Positions 13,681 to 27,464 are shown, counted from the first letter of the stretch. The stretch: 64,000 bases of DNA from Lophium mytilinum (GCA_010093605.1 MU004191.1:1410816-1474815); one strand, 5' to 3'. Numbers and translations: made by a program. Notes: generated by a model not told the origin, from the sequence alone.

Positions 13681-14201
13681 GGGATTGGGAGTTTCGTGTT
13701 GTCGCGCAGGGCGAGAACGAAAGGATGGCATGGATGCGGTGGGCATAGGCATGTAATAAGTATCTTTCTAGGCCGTCCCCTCCTTGCGGCTTGCATTGGC
13801 ATGGCTGGATGGATGGCTTCAAGGGGTTTCATAGGACGACACAGCTCGTTGAGGATTATGATGGGAATACGAGATATCCGACGAACTAAGATTGCACCGA
13901 TTGAGGTGCCCCAGTAAACTTCCTGAGTGTTTAGAACTAGTATTCGTTCCCAGCAGCTGCCGCCTGACGTAGCCTAGCAAGTATACGGAGGGTTGAAAGC
14001 CAAGGGCCTTTTCATGTGCAGATTTGGGACAGCAGGCTATAAAATGTACAAGCGCTCGCTCATTTCCATGATAGATGAACTATCACTAACCAATCCTTCC
14101 ATCAACTGCTGGCATGCGGGAAAATCACACGACGCTGTGTTAACAGACCAGACCAAACCCGAATCCAAGCCGTGCCACCGAAAACCCCAGACCCAGCTCC
14201 C

Positions 14202-16116
14202 CTACAAATACCGATCCCTCCACCCCTTCTTCCCCTTCCCCACCTGCACCAGCCGCCAGCTCACCTCCACTCCCATCTTCCTCGCCAACTCCACCGCATC
14301 AATCGAAGTCACGCTCTGGCAGAAATCCGCTCCAATCCACTCCAGCCCGCTCAGCTTAACGCACAACTGCTTGATCCCCGCGCCCGAAATCCGCGTCTTC
14401 GCCAGATTCACGCGCCGCAGCGCCGGGAACGTGCTGCACAGGAAATCCACGACCTCGTCGTCCGCGAGCGAGTCGGTGAGGTCTAGCTCCTGCAGCGTGG
14501 AGAAGCGCGGGTTGGAGAGGCAGCGGAGGAGGGCGTCTTTGTTGCTGAGTGTCGTGTTGGCGAGGGAGAGCCTCGTGAGGGAGGTGGAGGTCGCGAGATC
14601 GACGTCCACGTCGTCGGTGACGGCTTTGAGGAGGAGGACGTCGAGGAAGCCGGGGTCGAGGGCGCCGAGGTTGCAGAGGGCGAGAGCGGTCAGTTGGGGG
14701 AGGTGCGTGGCGAGCGCGGCTTGGGTGTTCAGCGCTGTCAGGGGGGAGGTCGTCGTGAAGTGGTTGTTGGAGTCGGAGGCGGTGTGTTCGTAGACGCGGA
14801 GGGAGGGGGGGAGGATGGGGAAGTTATTTAGGGGGTAATTGTGGAGCTTGAGGGACTCGAGGGATTCGAGCGTGGTGAAGTCGGGGTCTGTGGTGGGGCG
14901 TTTGTGCCAGTTGGTTAGGGTGAGGTGCTTTAGGTTTGGGGCGCGCCTGAAGAGTTCTTGCTGGGGCGTCTGTGACCTTATGAGGCTTAGGTTGTTACTG
15001 TATGGGCTGCTACTTGACGGGCTAGAGGTTAATAGTAGCGTGGTTAAGTTAGGTAGATCAACTTTCCAATCAACTCGCATTCCAACGCTGTCAATGTTGT
15101 GGAACTCTGCAACAGTAAGATTAGGTGTGTGTCGCAGGATCTGGGATACCGCGTCTAGAGAGATGTTGGTATTGTCGCGAAGAATGAGGCGTCGCAGGCT
15201 CGTAGAGCACATAGTTACTTCGCAAATTGATTCGCCGCTTAGGGTTCCACTAAGAAAATCGAGAGACTCCAGTGCCTTGCATGTTGTCGCAAGACTACGG
15301 AGAGAGTCGACGTGGTTGAATCGATGGATAGTTGCAGTCTTCAGTTTATGCTGAGACCTGAGGACGCAATGGCGCACGAATGAACCTGAGACAGGGCGTC
15401 GAGCATGGGAAAGGTCCAGATCCGTCCAAAGACGGGGTCGGTTGATCAGGAACTGTTTCCATTGCTTGGAAACGCGGAGACAAGTTCTAAAAGAGGAGTA
15501 AGCACAAGTCCATGTTGATCGAATGGGAGCAGGGAACTAACACCATGTTCCGGAAAGTCAAGTGGCCGATGACCATTTCCACAAGTTCAATAGGCAGAAC
15601 TGAGAACGGATCGACAGACTTAGGGGGTGATAGCTGTCTGATAAGTTTGTCAAGCATCCCTTGAAGCAGCTTGATGTGTTGTTAGCTTTCCTGTCTAACT
15701 CTCGTGGCGGCAAGGCGCCGATCTCACCTTGTAATTATCGTCCGTGACCGAGACGTTCTTGAGACCATACTTGTAGATATCAACAGCAGAATCAAGCTTT
15801 TCCATCTTTTGTAAGATGTCTGCAGTGCGAAGATATCCCTACATGGACGTTAGTTCGTTACTTAAGCAAACGAAGGCCCACCTACTCTAGCGTCGCCTTT
15901 GTCGAGCTTGATCATGTGGCGGCCATCTTTACAAGCCATCTTAAAGTTCTGTAGCTTCTCAAAGCTGGCTGCACGGTTGTTGAGCATGGCCACTGTAGGG
16001 ATGATCATGGATTCGATGGCTTCTGTGAAAGCATCTACGGCCTTCTGATACTCCTTGTGTTTGTAGTATCGCTTTCCCAGCTCTTGATACTCCGCGGCAG
16101 ACATAGTGCGAGGCAT
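14202..16116 (-). CDS. TPR / F-box / leucine-rich-repeat protein (Pof3/Dia2-like SCF adaptor)
   Basis: N-terminal TPR (ELGKRYYKHKEYQKAVDAFTEAI, NNRAASFEKL), F-box exon (DPFSVLPIELVEMVIGHL) and LRRs (LxxLxL) in 14202-15377; three GT-AG introns between about 15490 and 15885. Confidence 0.85.
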
Positions 16117-16513
16117 CTTGAAATGCACAATCCGGTGTCGCGTCGACACACTGTAATGCGGTGCGTGCAGTCGTGTTGAGTTGAAGTTGAAGTGGTCAGA
16201 GGCCTGTGACGCGACGCGACAACTCGCTTAGACTTTCCTATTTGAGCAACGTCGCAGAGAGGTCTGAGTGAATTGGGAGAAACCCCAAAACCACATTCTG
16301 CAGAGCGCCGGCGGATATGAAAGCTTGTAGCCTGTATTTCACGTTACATTCAGAGTTTACCAAAATTAAGGGATAATTCAGGCTGCGATCGTTGAGACTA
16401 CGAATTAGCCAGTCCCTCAGAGGCGCATCGTCTCATCAAAGTTGACTTGTTATCTCCTTGTCATATTTTATGTCTCAGCAATAATCCCTTCCATTACTTT
16501 CAGGCCTAACTGC

Positions 16514-16571
16514 AAGCTTTGATGGAATCTCTTCAACCATTAAAGCTTTGAGGGAATCTCTTCAACCATTA
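16514..16571. repeat. 29-bp tandem duplication, 2 copies, 1 mismatch
   Basis: AAGCTTTGATGGAATCTCTTCAACCATTA followed directly by AAGCTTTGAGGGAATCTCTTCAACCATTA. Confidence 0.9.
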
Positions 16572-17012
16572 TCCTTACTGCTCTTAGCGTAACGCATTGT
16601 CTTTGCATAAGTAGCTCCCTACTCAGGCTTCCTCAGCCCGTCTACAAGTTTCCAGACTGACATGTGTTTCTCAGAAGGAGGTAGAATTCTTCCTCTTGAC
16701 TCTGCCTCGCCTGTATTTAGGACCTTGGTGTATGCTTCTTTGTTCTTCCATACCTTCATTTCGACCACTCCCTGGCTCTCTACTCGTTCGCAACATTCTC
16801 TGCCTTACAAGTACTCATTCTTTCGACCGAATATACCCAGACTGGTAAAAGAATATGGAAAATTACAACGACGATCTTAATGTAGGTGGGTACAAGATTG
16901 AGCTCGTGAAAAAGGACCCACTTTCAATCTTTGTCGTTCAGCGTTTCTAAGTTCGTGCGACCATCAAGCCCTTGCGGACCCCAGATCACCTCAACAACCT
17001 CAATGCAAAATT

Positions 17013-18429
17013 TCATTCGACCACATGTCCGTCTCGTGCCATATCATTAGCAGCCTGCTGAGCACCATACTCTTTCAATCCCGGGCGAGATCTTGTGCGT
17101 CGAATAGACCTGCGGCGTGGATCTTGATAACTTGCAGGAGAACCAGAGTAGCGGCGTGTCGATAAGTCATGACAGTTCGCGTGCTCAAGTAACACGTGAA
17201 CATTCACAGTCTCTGGACCTGGTGCCCAGCTGTGTCTGTCTGTAGGGCTTTTTTGTCCGGGATCAGAGCGTTGTCTAAGATCTGACTTGTCTGATGGTCG
17301 ATGGGGTGTAGCGTTGCTCGATGGTTGCCTCCGAGCCTTTGGGCTTGTTTTCGGCGTTTTAGGGTCATCTTCTTCCTTGAAATTACTGACTCCTGCTACT
17401 TTAACAATATCCTACGGGTTGATACTTAGTCTTATTCACATTGAATCAAAGCGCTTGACTCACATTTGTTGGGTAAACAGTCCCAGGAAGAGCAACATAT
17501 TCATCGAGCGGAAGTGGTAGCGTTGCAAAGTTGAAACCCTTGCCAGGTGTGACTGGACGAAAGACTTGGCCCACCTCCTCCTTGAAGTCGAAAAGGTAGC
17601 TGCTAATAGGTTGATACGCAGAGCGATTAATATACCACTGTGGATAAGACCCAAACCAAGCATCAACTACAGGATCTACATCAACGCTAAGGTAGATATC
17701 CTGGCTATCATCATCAGGTTGGTGCACCAGCAAAACGAAATCGAACTCTCGAGGCAACCCAGATCTCTGCGTTGAGTTTTCTTGTAAGGTCCAGACGGCC
17801 AAAGCATCTTCAACATCGTAGTCAGGGTGTTCTCCATGCAGGGTCCGCAGTGAGCCTTGTATGCTCATCATGTCATAGACTTTGTAGCTTGATTTGTAAC
17901 CGGCGGAGGGATTGACGCTTGCCGAAAGAGGAGTCTGTGATATTCCGAGAGAGCTCGAGAGGCTGAAGTTCCATTGCAAGTTCTCGGGAGACACTGCCCC
18001 GTACATAAGTTGCGGTGCATGCTTCAGGAATCTGGGGAACTCCGGAGGTGTATCGTAGTAAGAAGCTTTGGGATTATGGCCATGAACGCCAACTCGTAGT
18101 ACAGCAGATTTGAAACGGTGACTTTCAGTATCTGCAGGGTGGAAGACAAAATGGACAGAGACGAAGTAGACGTTGCGCATGCTTCCGTCATAGAGAAGGT
18201 CTGTCTGATAATACCCGCGCTGGAGGCGATTCACGTGGGCAGATATGTAAGCATTTCCAGGCAGTATACGCTCATATATACACTTCTGACGGATCTGTAA
18301 ACGCTTATCGGGGGCATTAGGATCGGTTTTCACAGGCGGGTTGTCGGATACAGGAGTTTGAGCAGGGGGTGTATAGTCCGAAGGCTGGTGATGGGGGCCG
18401 GCTCTGAACCGCTGTAGATAGGAAGCCAT
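17013..18429 (-). CDS. Uncharacterised fungal protein with a beta-rich core and a disordered tail
   Basis: 327-codon open frame from the ATG at 18429, a GTGAGT..TAG intron at about 17411-17463, and a second exon running into the 17013-17207 frame. Confidence 0.75.
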
Positions 18430-18956
18430 CAAGTATGAACGACGCTGAGCAACTATGATGAAACAAAAGATGTTATAGCATGAAGTGCCCGTCGCGGACT
18501 GGAGATAGTTGTAGTAAAGGGGGATGAGACGTTGAGGTGAAAGATACTGAGGCTGCTGACAGGGGCTGAGACCAATGATCGGCCATCAAATTCGACGTCA
18601 GCTGCCTCGCATCAGGCACACCTTTAGAGGCATTCTGTAGCGCCGAACTCGGCGGATGAGCCCCTAGCTGAGACATGGGTCATTTGTTTATCAGGAACTC
18701 TCCTAACCATCATGAAGTGTGGTAGAACCATACTCGAGGTTGAAGGGGGTGGGTAAATGGCAGAACGGCATGACGCCGGGTTCCGCTGCCCCGCTCTTAT
18801 CGGCCTCTAGCCACAAATGGAGGCGCTGCGGGGGTGCCCGATATCTCCATGTGCACCACCATGAAACTCCATCGTGAGACCTTTCACTCTTTTGGAACCT
18901 CCAAAGACAGGTCGCCTCCTTATTTTTATCTTACATAGTAGAGCCTCGCTCTCATA

Positions 18957-21902
18957 ATGCAGCTCGTGCCCAAGGAGGTTTGTTTCCACCCTACCATTTG
19001 CACCACAATGCCTCGCTAACGATAAGCACTGTAGCTCGACAAGCTCGTGATTTCACAGCTTGGCCTACTCGCCCAGCGGCGTCTTGCTCGAGGGGTCAAA
19101 CTGAACCATGCTGAGGCTACTGTGAGATCTCGTCTATTTATATCTTGTTCGGGCTCTCTTCTGACAAACCCAGGCTCTGATTGCGAACAATCTTCAAGAG
19201 GTATAGCTTTTTCTGTATAGCGTAAATTTAGCTCAAAAAATCTGCAGCTCGTTCGTGATGGCAACCACTCCGTTGCAGATCTCATGTCTATCGGCAAGAC
19301 TATGCTTGGTCGCCGTCATGTCCTTCCTTCTGTCGTCTCAACACTGTCTGAACTTATGATCGAAGGAACATTCACTACTGGAACGTATTTGGTCACTGTG
19401 CATCACCCGATCAGTACTGATGATGGAGATCTTGAGAAAGCTCTCTACGGCTCTTTCTTGCCCATTCCATCCCAAGACAAGTTCCCACTCCCAGAAACTA
19501 GTGTCTATGAAAGCACTAAGCAGCCTGGAGCTGTCATCGCTGTCAAAGGGGAGGCTGGAAAGATCAAGTTGAATGAAGGCCGAAAGAGGATTCAACTCAA
19601 AGTTGTCAGCAAGGGAGACAGACCGATACAGGTACGTGCCGTTGCTCAAAGTCTTATCTAGTCCAAAGCTCACAAGCACAGGTCGGCTCTCACTATCACT
19701 TCATCGAAACAAATCCTCAGCTTCAGTTCGATCGTGTGCGAGCACATGGTTATCGTCTTGACATCCCCGCAGGTACTTCGGTTCGGTTTGAGCCTGGTGA
19801 TACGAAGACTGTTACGCTTGTTAAAATCGCTGGTAATCAAATCATCAAAGGGGGCAACGCCCTGGCGACCGGCTTCATTGAAAATGCCTCGATCGCCATG
19901 GGTATTGTTGAGAAGATTCAGGCAGGAGGCTTTCTTCACGAGCCCGAGCCGCTCGCTGATGCAGCACATATCGACATTTGCACCATGGAGCGGCAAGCTT
20001 ATATTAGCATGTTTGGCCCTACAACTGGTGATGTGGTCAGACTGGGTGCCACGGATCTCTGGATCAAAGTAGAGAAAGACCTGACTAAATACGGCGACGA
20101 GTGCTCGTTCGGGGGTGGAAAGACGCTAAGGGAGGGCATGGGCCAAGCAGGTGGAAGGTCTGATAAAGAGAGCCTGGATACCGTTATCACAAATGCCCTC
20201 ATTGTCGACTGGTCTGGGATTTACAAGGCAGATATTGGCATCAAAGACGGCATCATCGTGGGAATTGGTAAAGCTGGCAATCCTGACGTTATGGATGGAG
20301 TGGATCCCAATCTAGTCGTGGGCTCCTGCACTGATGTGATAGCTGGAGAGCACAGTATTGTGACTGCCGGAGGCTTTGATTCTCACATACATTTCATCTG
20401 TCCTCAGCAAGCCAATGAGGCTATTGCTTCTGGTATCACGACTATGCTGGGTGGTGGGACTGGACCGAGGTTTGTAAAACCATCCCTTCGAGTTATAGAG
20501 GATTGACTAACAATGCAGTACCGGCACGAACGCTACGACTTGTACTCCAGGTGCAACTCACATACGCCAAATGCTTCAAGCCATCGACAGCATCCCACTC
20601 AACTTCGGAATTACTGGCAAAGGCAACGACAGCGATGGAGGCCCGCTAAGGGAGCAAGCTCAAGCTGGTGTTTGCGGTCTCAAGCTACACGAGGACTGGG
20701 GAACCACTCCGGCCGCTATCGACACCTGCCTCAGCGTCTGCGACGAGTATGACATCCAGACTCTTATTCATACGGACACGCTCAACGAATCCGGCTTTGT
20801 GGAGCAGACCATCGCAGCCATCAAAGGTCGCACTATCCACACCTACCACACTGAGGGTGCAGGTGGCGGTCATGCCCCTGACATCATCAGCGTTGTTGAG
20901 CACGACAATGTCCTTCCGTCTAGTACCAATCCTACACGACCGTACACGCGAAACACACTCGACGAGCATCTCGACATGCTGATGGTGTGCCACCACCTGT
21001 CGCGCAACATCCCCGAGGATGTTGCCTTCGCCGAATCGCGAATTCGCGCCGAGACTATCGCTGCGGAAGACGTCCTGCATGACCTCGGCGCCATCAGCAT
21101 GATGTCCTCTGACAGCCAGGCCATGGGTCGCTGTGGCGAAGTGATTTTACGAACGTGGAACACAGCGCACAAGAATAAGGTGCAAAGGGGCTACCTCAAA
21201 GAAGACGAGGGTACGGATGCGGATAACTTCCGCGTGAAGAGGTATATCAGCAAGTACACTATCAACCCGTCCATCACGCAGGGCATGGGCCATTTGATTG
21301 GGAGCGTAGAGGTAGGGAAGTTGGCAGACTTGGTGGTGTGGAACCCGGCGAATTTTGGAGTCAAGCCTAAAACGATCATAAAGAGTGGAATGATTGCGTA
21401 TGCGATGATGGTGGGTGATTTCTGGTGGACTCCATGATGGAAATGAGACGACTGACGTTTTGCAGGGTGATCCAAACGCTTCGATCCCGACGGTCGAGCC
21501 TGTCATCATGAGGCCTATGTTTGCGGTGAGTCGTGTTCTTTCAATCTTGTCAATTTCTTGAGAACCTGTACTGACGAAACTCCAGACAATGGTGCCGCCT
21601 ACAAGCATCACGTTCGTGTCGCAAGCGTCGCTTGACTCCGGAGTCGTCAGGTCATATGGACTCAAGAAGCGCATCGAGGCGGTCAAGAACTGCAGGACTA
21701 TTGGAAAGAAGGACATGAAATATAACGACGTGAGGCCGAAGATGAAAGTAGACCCGGAGAGATATGTGAGTTCTCTACTTGTCAGAAAAGTAGGACATTG
21801 AGCTGACTAGGTATCTCCTAGACTGTAGAAGCAGATGGAATGGTGTGCACAGCGGAGCCGGCAACTGAACTGCCTTTGACACAGGCGTATTTTGTTTATT
21901 GA
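18957..21902 (+). CDS. URE1: Urease (single-chain gamma-beta-alpha, Ni-dependent)
   Basis: [42 protein letters not shown]; Ni-site motifs [34 protein letters not shown] and SSDSQAMG; ends [10 protein letters not shown]; about 8 short introns. Confidence 0.98.
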
Positions 21903-22636
21903 GGAGATGTAGCAGGCATAGAGAGAGCGGTAGTAGAAGAGAGACGAAGACGAAGACGTGGATGGTAGAAAATGACCTTTTAATCAAGTAATTGAACCAG
22001 ATCTGAGGAACTAAGACGCAGGATGGAAGCGTGTTGTGGTACTCTAGCTGAGTAATGGATTCATACTGCATGCCGCGAAATTAGAGCAGTGCTTAAAAAG
22101 CAAGCAAATCAGGCTGAAGTTTTGCGCAGTGCAGCGACATTGGGGCGAGAGGGCAGGTGAAAGCGCCGGGTGCAGCAGGGCATGCCGCTATAAGGACGCC
22201 CTAATAGCCACCAAATGTGCCTCCTCTTCCAGCCTTCCCTTCGTTCCACTAGCTGTTGCAGAGGGCAGGACTAAACTGTGCACCACACCTCGAGACCTGC
22301 CCCCCATGGATATAGTGAAGGAGCTCCGAGTTTCATCGCCAAATACTTGCGAATATTCCTTCAAATTATTGATGCTGGCTAAAGGCGTGGCGTAGAAATG
22401 ATTGATGGCAAGAGGGGTATCGCAACGAGGCCGGGAGGGGCTGGGGGCCCGTTATTTTGGGGCTGCAAGTTTTTACACCAGCGCTGCTGCCGCCGTGATT
22501 TTGGCGACCCAGCCGCTTCTTTTACTTGGTGCCGCCCGCCCTTCACCCGCTCCTCTCCCCCCAACCTCACCCACTGCCAGCCGGACCGCCTATTCACGCC
22601 AGCACCCATCAACGACCACCGCGGCCCATCGTCAGG

Positions 22637-24075
22637 ATGGCCAAAGAAAGGGCGAAGGACAAGAACGATGGCGAGTTGATGATCCCGCTGGAGCAGTTCC
22701 GCAGGACGCGCGAGATTGTAAGTAATCCATCCTTTCGTTCCTCGAGCTTGTCGTGTTGTTTGGTGCGCGCCGTCACCAAGGTCATCATCACGATGCGCCC
22801 TGCCCTCGTCCACATCCAAGACTACTTGGACCATTCTACAAGTCCTCGGCCAGCTTCTTTCAGTCGCCCTCCGCGCACAACGCGCTCGTACACCCGCGTC
22901 GCGGCGTCGCGGTTGTCTCCATACGCTTTGCGCCTCAGTTTCTTCACCACATCCGACGCGACTTGAGCTGCGCAAAGACCCATTGCTCTCTTCCATGGCA
23001 GCTCTTCTTCTCCAGTCGTCGACACAAGCTAACTCGCCTCTTTCACTAGATGCTCGCAACTCTCAATGATCTCCAGGGCAACCTCCAACAAGTGCAATCC
23101 GGTCTCCAAAACATGATCACCGTGTACCTTAGGCACTCTGCGTCTGTTCTAGACGGCAATTCCGGTGCCCTCGAGGACCTGAAGCTTGAGGGTCCGATTG
23201 GAGCCCCGATTACCGCCACTGGAGAGGCCTCCGCACCCGAAAAGAAACGCGGCAGGCCCAAGAAGGACAAGAAGGATAAGGACCCCAACGCGCCGAAGCG
23301 TCCCCTCACGGCCGCATTCCTGTATTCCCAACAGGCACGCGCTATTGTAAAGGCGGATTTCGAGTCGCAGCTACAGGATGGCGAGAAGTTGGAGGGAAAC
23401 GCAGTCAACCATGAGTTGAATCGGCGTTGGGCTGAGATGCCCGAGGAAGAGAAGGAGGTAAGCAAGCCCATTAATCCAATCTGGATTGTTTCGATCGCCA
23501 TTGCTAATTTGCGTTGCTAGCTCTGGAGAGACTCCTACCGCGACAGCCTCAAAATCTACAATGCCGAGATGGCTGAGTACAACAAGAAGAAAGGTATCCA
23601 GCATAAGACGCCCGCGTTGGAAGGCGAGATTGACGATGCAGACGCCGGCGCCATCCCCTCGGACATGGAGCCCTCGTCCTCTGATGACAGCGACGAGGAC
23701 TCTCCTACTCGTCCGAAAGCACCTACTCCCCCAGTCGCAACACCGAAGCCCAACAAGCGCCAGAAGTCTGCGAAGACTAACGGCGTGGCGCCGACGCCTA
23801 TCCTGCCAGCCTCAACTACGAATATGCGTAGCACGGTGCCGGTGCCTATCCCCCATCGGGCTACATCTGTTAAGCCACCGGGAGCTACCGCCAGTCCGGC
23901 AGTTGAGAATGGAAAAGCCAAGTCTAAGAAGATCAAGGAGAAGGAGCCGAGCCCGGAGGAATCGAAGAAGAAAAGGGCGCGACGCAATGTCGCAGACGAG
24001 GATGAGGGCGCTGCCGTCCAGGAGCCACCGAAGAAGAAAAGAGATCACCGGAAGAAGAAGGATGCGACTGCTTAA
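22637..24075 (+). CDS. HMG-box chromatin protein with AT-hook-like motif and basic tail
   Basis: Exon 1 MAKERAKDKNDGELMIPLEQFRRTREI, long intron 22718-23049, KKRGRPKK, HMG box DPNAPKRPLTAAFLY...RRWAEMPEEEKE|LWRDSY, and a Lys-rich C-terminus. Confidence 0.88.
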
Positions 24076-24460
24076 AATTCCTCGTCTTCGTTTCGATCTT
24101 GCTGGGTAAAAGGGAGCCGTGTTCCTGACTGAGGGGAGGATATACCCGGACGACTGTCTCCTCTGCCTACTATGGCTGCGGCCACGAAGTTATCTTCTTT
24201 GTTTCTTTCGGATGCTTTCTGGTGTTCTCGGATAGGTGGGCTTGTATACTGTAGTATCATGAAACGTTTTTCTTTCTTCAAAATTACCCTTTAGTGTCAT
24301 TTCCAAAGGGAAGTGAAGAAGGTTCATATATGTAGCGTTTTGGTAGTCTTCCAAGCTACTTCACGAATCCAGCGTCTATCAAATGCCCCGGCCCGCTCAC
24401 GTATCACAATCGTCCACTCTTACAATCTCTCCTAAACCCTCAACTCCCCACCACAGCCTC

Positions 24461-26979
24461 CTACAACCTCGCCGCATCCCGCGCATTCCGTCCCCCCTTC
24501 AACTCCAAAAATCTCACCGGCACCTCCACCACCCGATCGCGGATCCAGTCCCCAACCCCCTTCCCCAACCCATCCAGCCGCGCGCTCCCACTCACCCCGC
24601 GCCCCAGGATCCCATATACGACGAAATGCACCGCGCCGATCCCCGCGAACTCGACCCGCTCGATGTGGTACTCCGCCCTCCAGTCCTCACCGAGCAGCGC
24701 CTTCATCTTCGCTACCGAGAGGAACGAGCGCAGCCACGCCCACGCTTCTGGGCGCGCAGATGGTGGCAGCGAAGACGGGAGCGCGGTCGGCAGGAAGACG
24801 CCGATATTGAGGTTCGCGCCTTTATCTCCTGAGCGCGCGAGGGCGATGTCGCCCAGCCGCACCGCACGCGTGGGGCCGAATCCACTCAGTGGGCGCGGCG
24901 CACGGCAGTCGTACGTCTCGCGCGGCGCAAGGGCTTCGGTGTGCGAAGGGGGGGTCGTTGGGTAAGTTACGCTCTTGGCGGTGCCCTGCGAAGGGGATGG
25001 GAGGAGTGTGACGGAGGTCTCTAGGGAACTCTGCGGGTAGAGCGCGGGGTAGAAGGAGAGGTAGGGTCGCGGGAGCGCGAGGCGTTGGTCGCTGGTGCAG
25101 TGAAAGCCGGAGAAGTGCTGCATGCTGAACTCGGACATTGTGGCGGCCAGGCCGAGGTTTGTAGAGGGGGAGACGGCGGAGGCGAAGATGCGGAGGTAAG
25201 TTGTTGAGGCGAGTTGGTTGGAGGCGTTGGGGGCGGGGGTGCCGACTCTGAGGGTAGGTGTTAGGGGGTGTTACATGAAGGTGGTGATGGGAAAGGAGGT
25301 GGCAGTATGGGGAGTACCTTTGGAACTCTAGGATGTCGAATTTGTCGAGGATGCCGCGCCGTTTCAGCCCGAAGCGGAGCATGCGCTCATAGAGATCCCA
25401 TTTCTCCGCCGTGGCGTAGCCGGTTGCGTTGATGAGGAGCTCGCTTTGGTAGCCGGCGCGGTAGAAGATGGCGAGTTTGGTTGTGGGAGGGGGCGGTGCG
25501 CCGCGGATTCCTGATAGTCGAACTCTATAAGGGAAGCTTCATGTGAGTAATCTGGATGGACGAGAGTAAAAGGGGTAAAAAGCTTACCTGTTCCTACCTA
25601 CCTGCTCGATCTTTACGTCGTCGAGAATACCCTTAACGTCGCTGTTTAGGTAGATGTTCCCCTGAAGTTCGTACAAGAACTGGCACTTGACAGTATCTTC
25701 CGTCACCATTCCTTTCCCGTTTTCGTGCTTCGTGATGATACAGCTGCCATCATTCTCGACCTCCGCAATGCCAAAGACCAGGTCGTATAGATTGTCTAGG
25801 TCGTACTCGTAGAATCCGGCGAAGTTGGAGCCAGTTACGTACGCGCTGCATTCGATCAAGTGGCCTGCAATGAGTGCTCCGGCAAGTCGGTCATAATCAG
25901 TCTCGGACCATTTATACCAATACCAGGCCGCTCCAATCACCTACATGGTGTTAGTGTCGATTGGTAGTTTTAGGTATGCAAGTCTTACTGGAGACGCATC
26001 AGCTACTCTTCCGCAGATGATGATATCAGCACCCAGCTCCAACCCTTTCACAATCTCACGGGCCCCTAAGTACGCATTTGCCGTCACTACGGGCCTTGAT
26101 TCGTCTTCCAGAAGATTGAGAGTGTCTTTCGGAAAGTTGACCTCTGAGTTGACTGAGTCCAGATGGGGAGGAAGGCCATTCTTTCTGATATCATTCATGA
26201 CGGAGAGCAGGTTGTCGCCTTCCACATAAGCAACAGTAAGTGGAAGCCCCTTCTTTGTGACCTGAACAAAGATATGAGTTCCTAGAGACGCTATCGGAAA
26301 ACAGACATGACACTAACAAGCTCGTGCGTCCGCTCCACCAGCCCCTTTGGGTTCTGAGCTCCGCCATTGATGACGACCTTGATTCTTTTCTTGGCTATGA
26401 TATCAATGGTTTGCTCAAGGCCATCCCATGCTGTTTGCTCATAGCCAGGGTGGGTCCCTGCGGCGAAAGCTTCGGCGTTTTCTGCGATATTGACTTCTAC
26501 AGATTGGTTTTCTGGTAAGCAAATGTTCATGCGTTACAGTCCTAGACCACAAGTCTGGGCACAAGCTCGCTCCAGTTTGCCCACCCAACACCACTGTTGG
26601 GGGTAGCCTGGCTGCTGAGCGGGCAATTAGTCAAGGAGCAGTCTAATCTGCACTGCTTGAAGCTTGACATCGCCCTTGAGTCTTTAAAACCTAGTGGGGG
26701 TACCCCAAGCAGTGGCGTACCAGTGTGCCCAGACTTGTGGCTTGTCACTGTATCTGAGGCTCGGGCACTGCGTACCAGCGAGATAGTCTCCAGTGATAAA
26801 GTCGATGTCTCCAAGCTCTGCTTGAAGTTTCATGTGATAGCCGGGGTCCGCTATAGGTATGGTCAGAACTGGCAAGCCATAAGTAGGTACTCAAAGGAAC
26901 TACCTTCATAGCCAGAGCAGTTTGCGATACGAACCGGCCGTGTCCCTCGCTGCTGGTTCCATCTTGTCTCGTACAGCAT
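24461..26979 (-). CDS. AtuA/DUF1446-family protein
   Basis: RPVRIANCSG, FITGDYLAE, VVINGGAQNP, NAYLGA, GADIIICGRVADAS, AGHLIEC, and C-terminal ARSGDKG...LDGLGKG domain; about 6 exons; ends ..AARL. Confidence 0.9.
26537..26750. mobile_element. Tc1/mariner (impala/mimp-like) MITE, 214 bp, inside intron 2 of the DUF1446 gene
   Basis: 27-bp TIRs (26537-26563 and 26724-26750) with terminal CAGT/ACTG and an inner 17-bp perfect match CCACAAGTCTGGGCACA; TA on both sides (26535-36, 26751-52); no transposase ORF. Confidence 0.88.
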
Positions 26980-27464
26980 TGCGAAATTAATAGCGAGTAG
27001 AAAGTTTTAATCAATTTAGATTGTGCAGATAGCGCAACGTAGAGAGGATTTGCTCACGGGTATAGTAGAAGCTTAAGACGCCACAACTACTTAGAATATG
27101 CAGCGAAACAGACGATATCGATCATATAGTGCAGCTCTATCCTCGATCCGAGTCTACCGACTCCCCTCGGCCCTCGTTCATCAGAAAGCTGTAGATCTAT
27201 CAGGGGATCTAATCGAGTCGCAGAGCTTGACACGATCTAGCCAATAACAAGCGCGCGTGACCTCAACCGAGGCTTTAGATGACAGCCAATTCCACGCTCG
27301 TACGAGCTATAATACCTGGGATCCACTATGATGGAGATCTTCGGGCCGTCTATACTCTAGGATCTGTTGCGGCGTAAATAATATAAAGCTTGTTGAATAT
27401 TCGCGGCAGTGTTCTAATCAGCACAGCACGGAGAGCAGATAGTAGCACAAATTGAGTTACCAAG

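Noticed and set aside
13993..14793. 266-aa plus-strand ORF antisense to the F-box gene, and similar antisense ORFs over RPB2, catA, CCC2 and Rab4
   Set aside because: Shadow frames caused by biased codon usage on the coding strand.
16514..16571. 29-bp direct repeat considered as CRISPR-like
   Set aside because: Two adjacent copies with no spacer in a eukaryotic genome; a simple tandem duplication.
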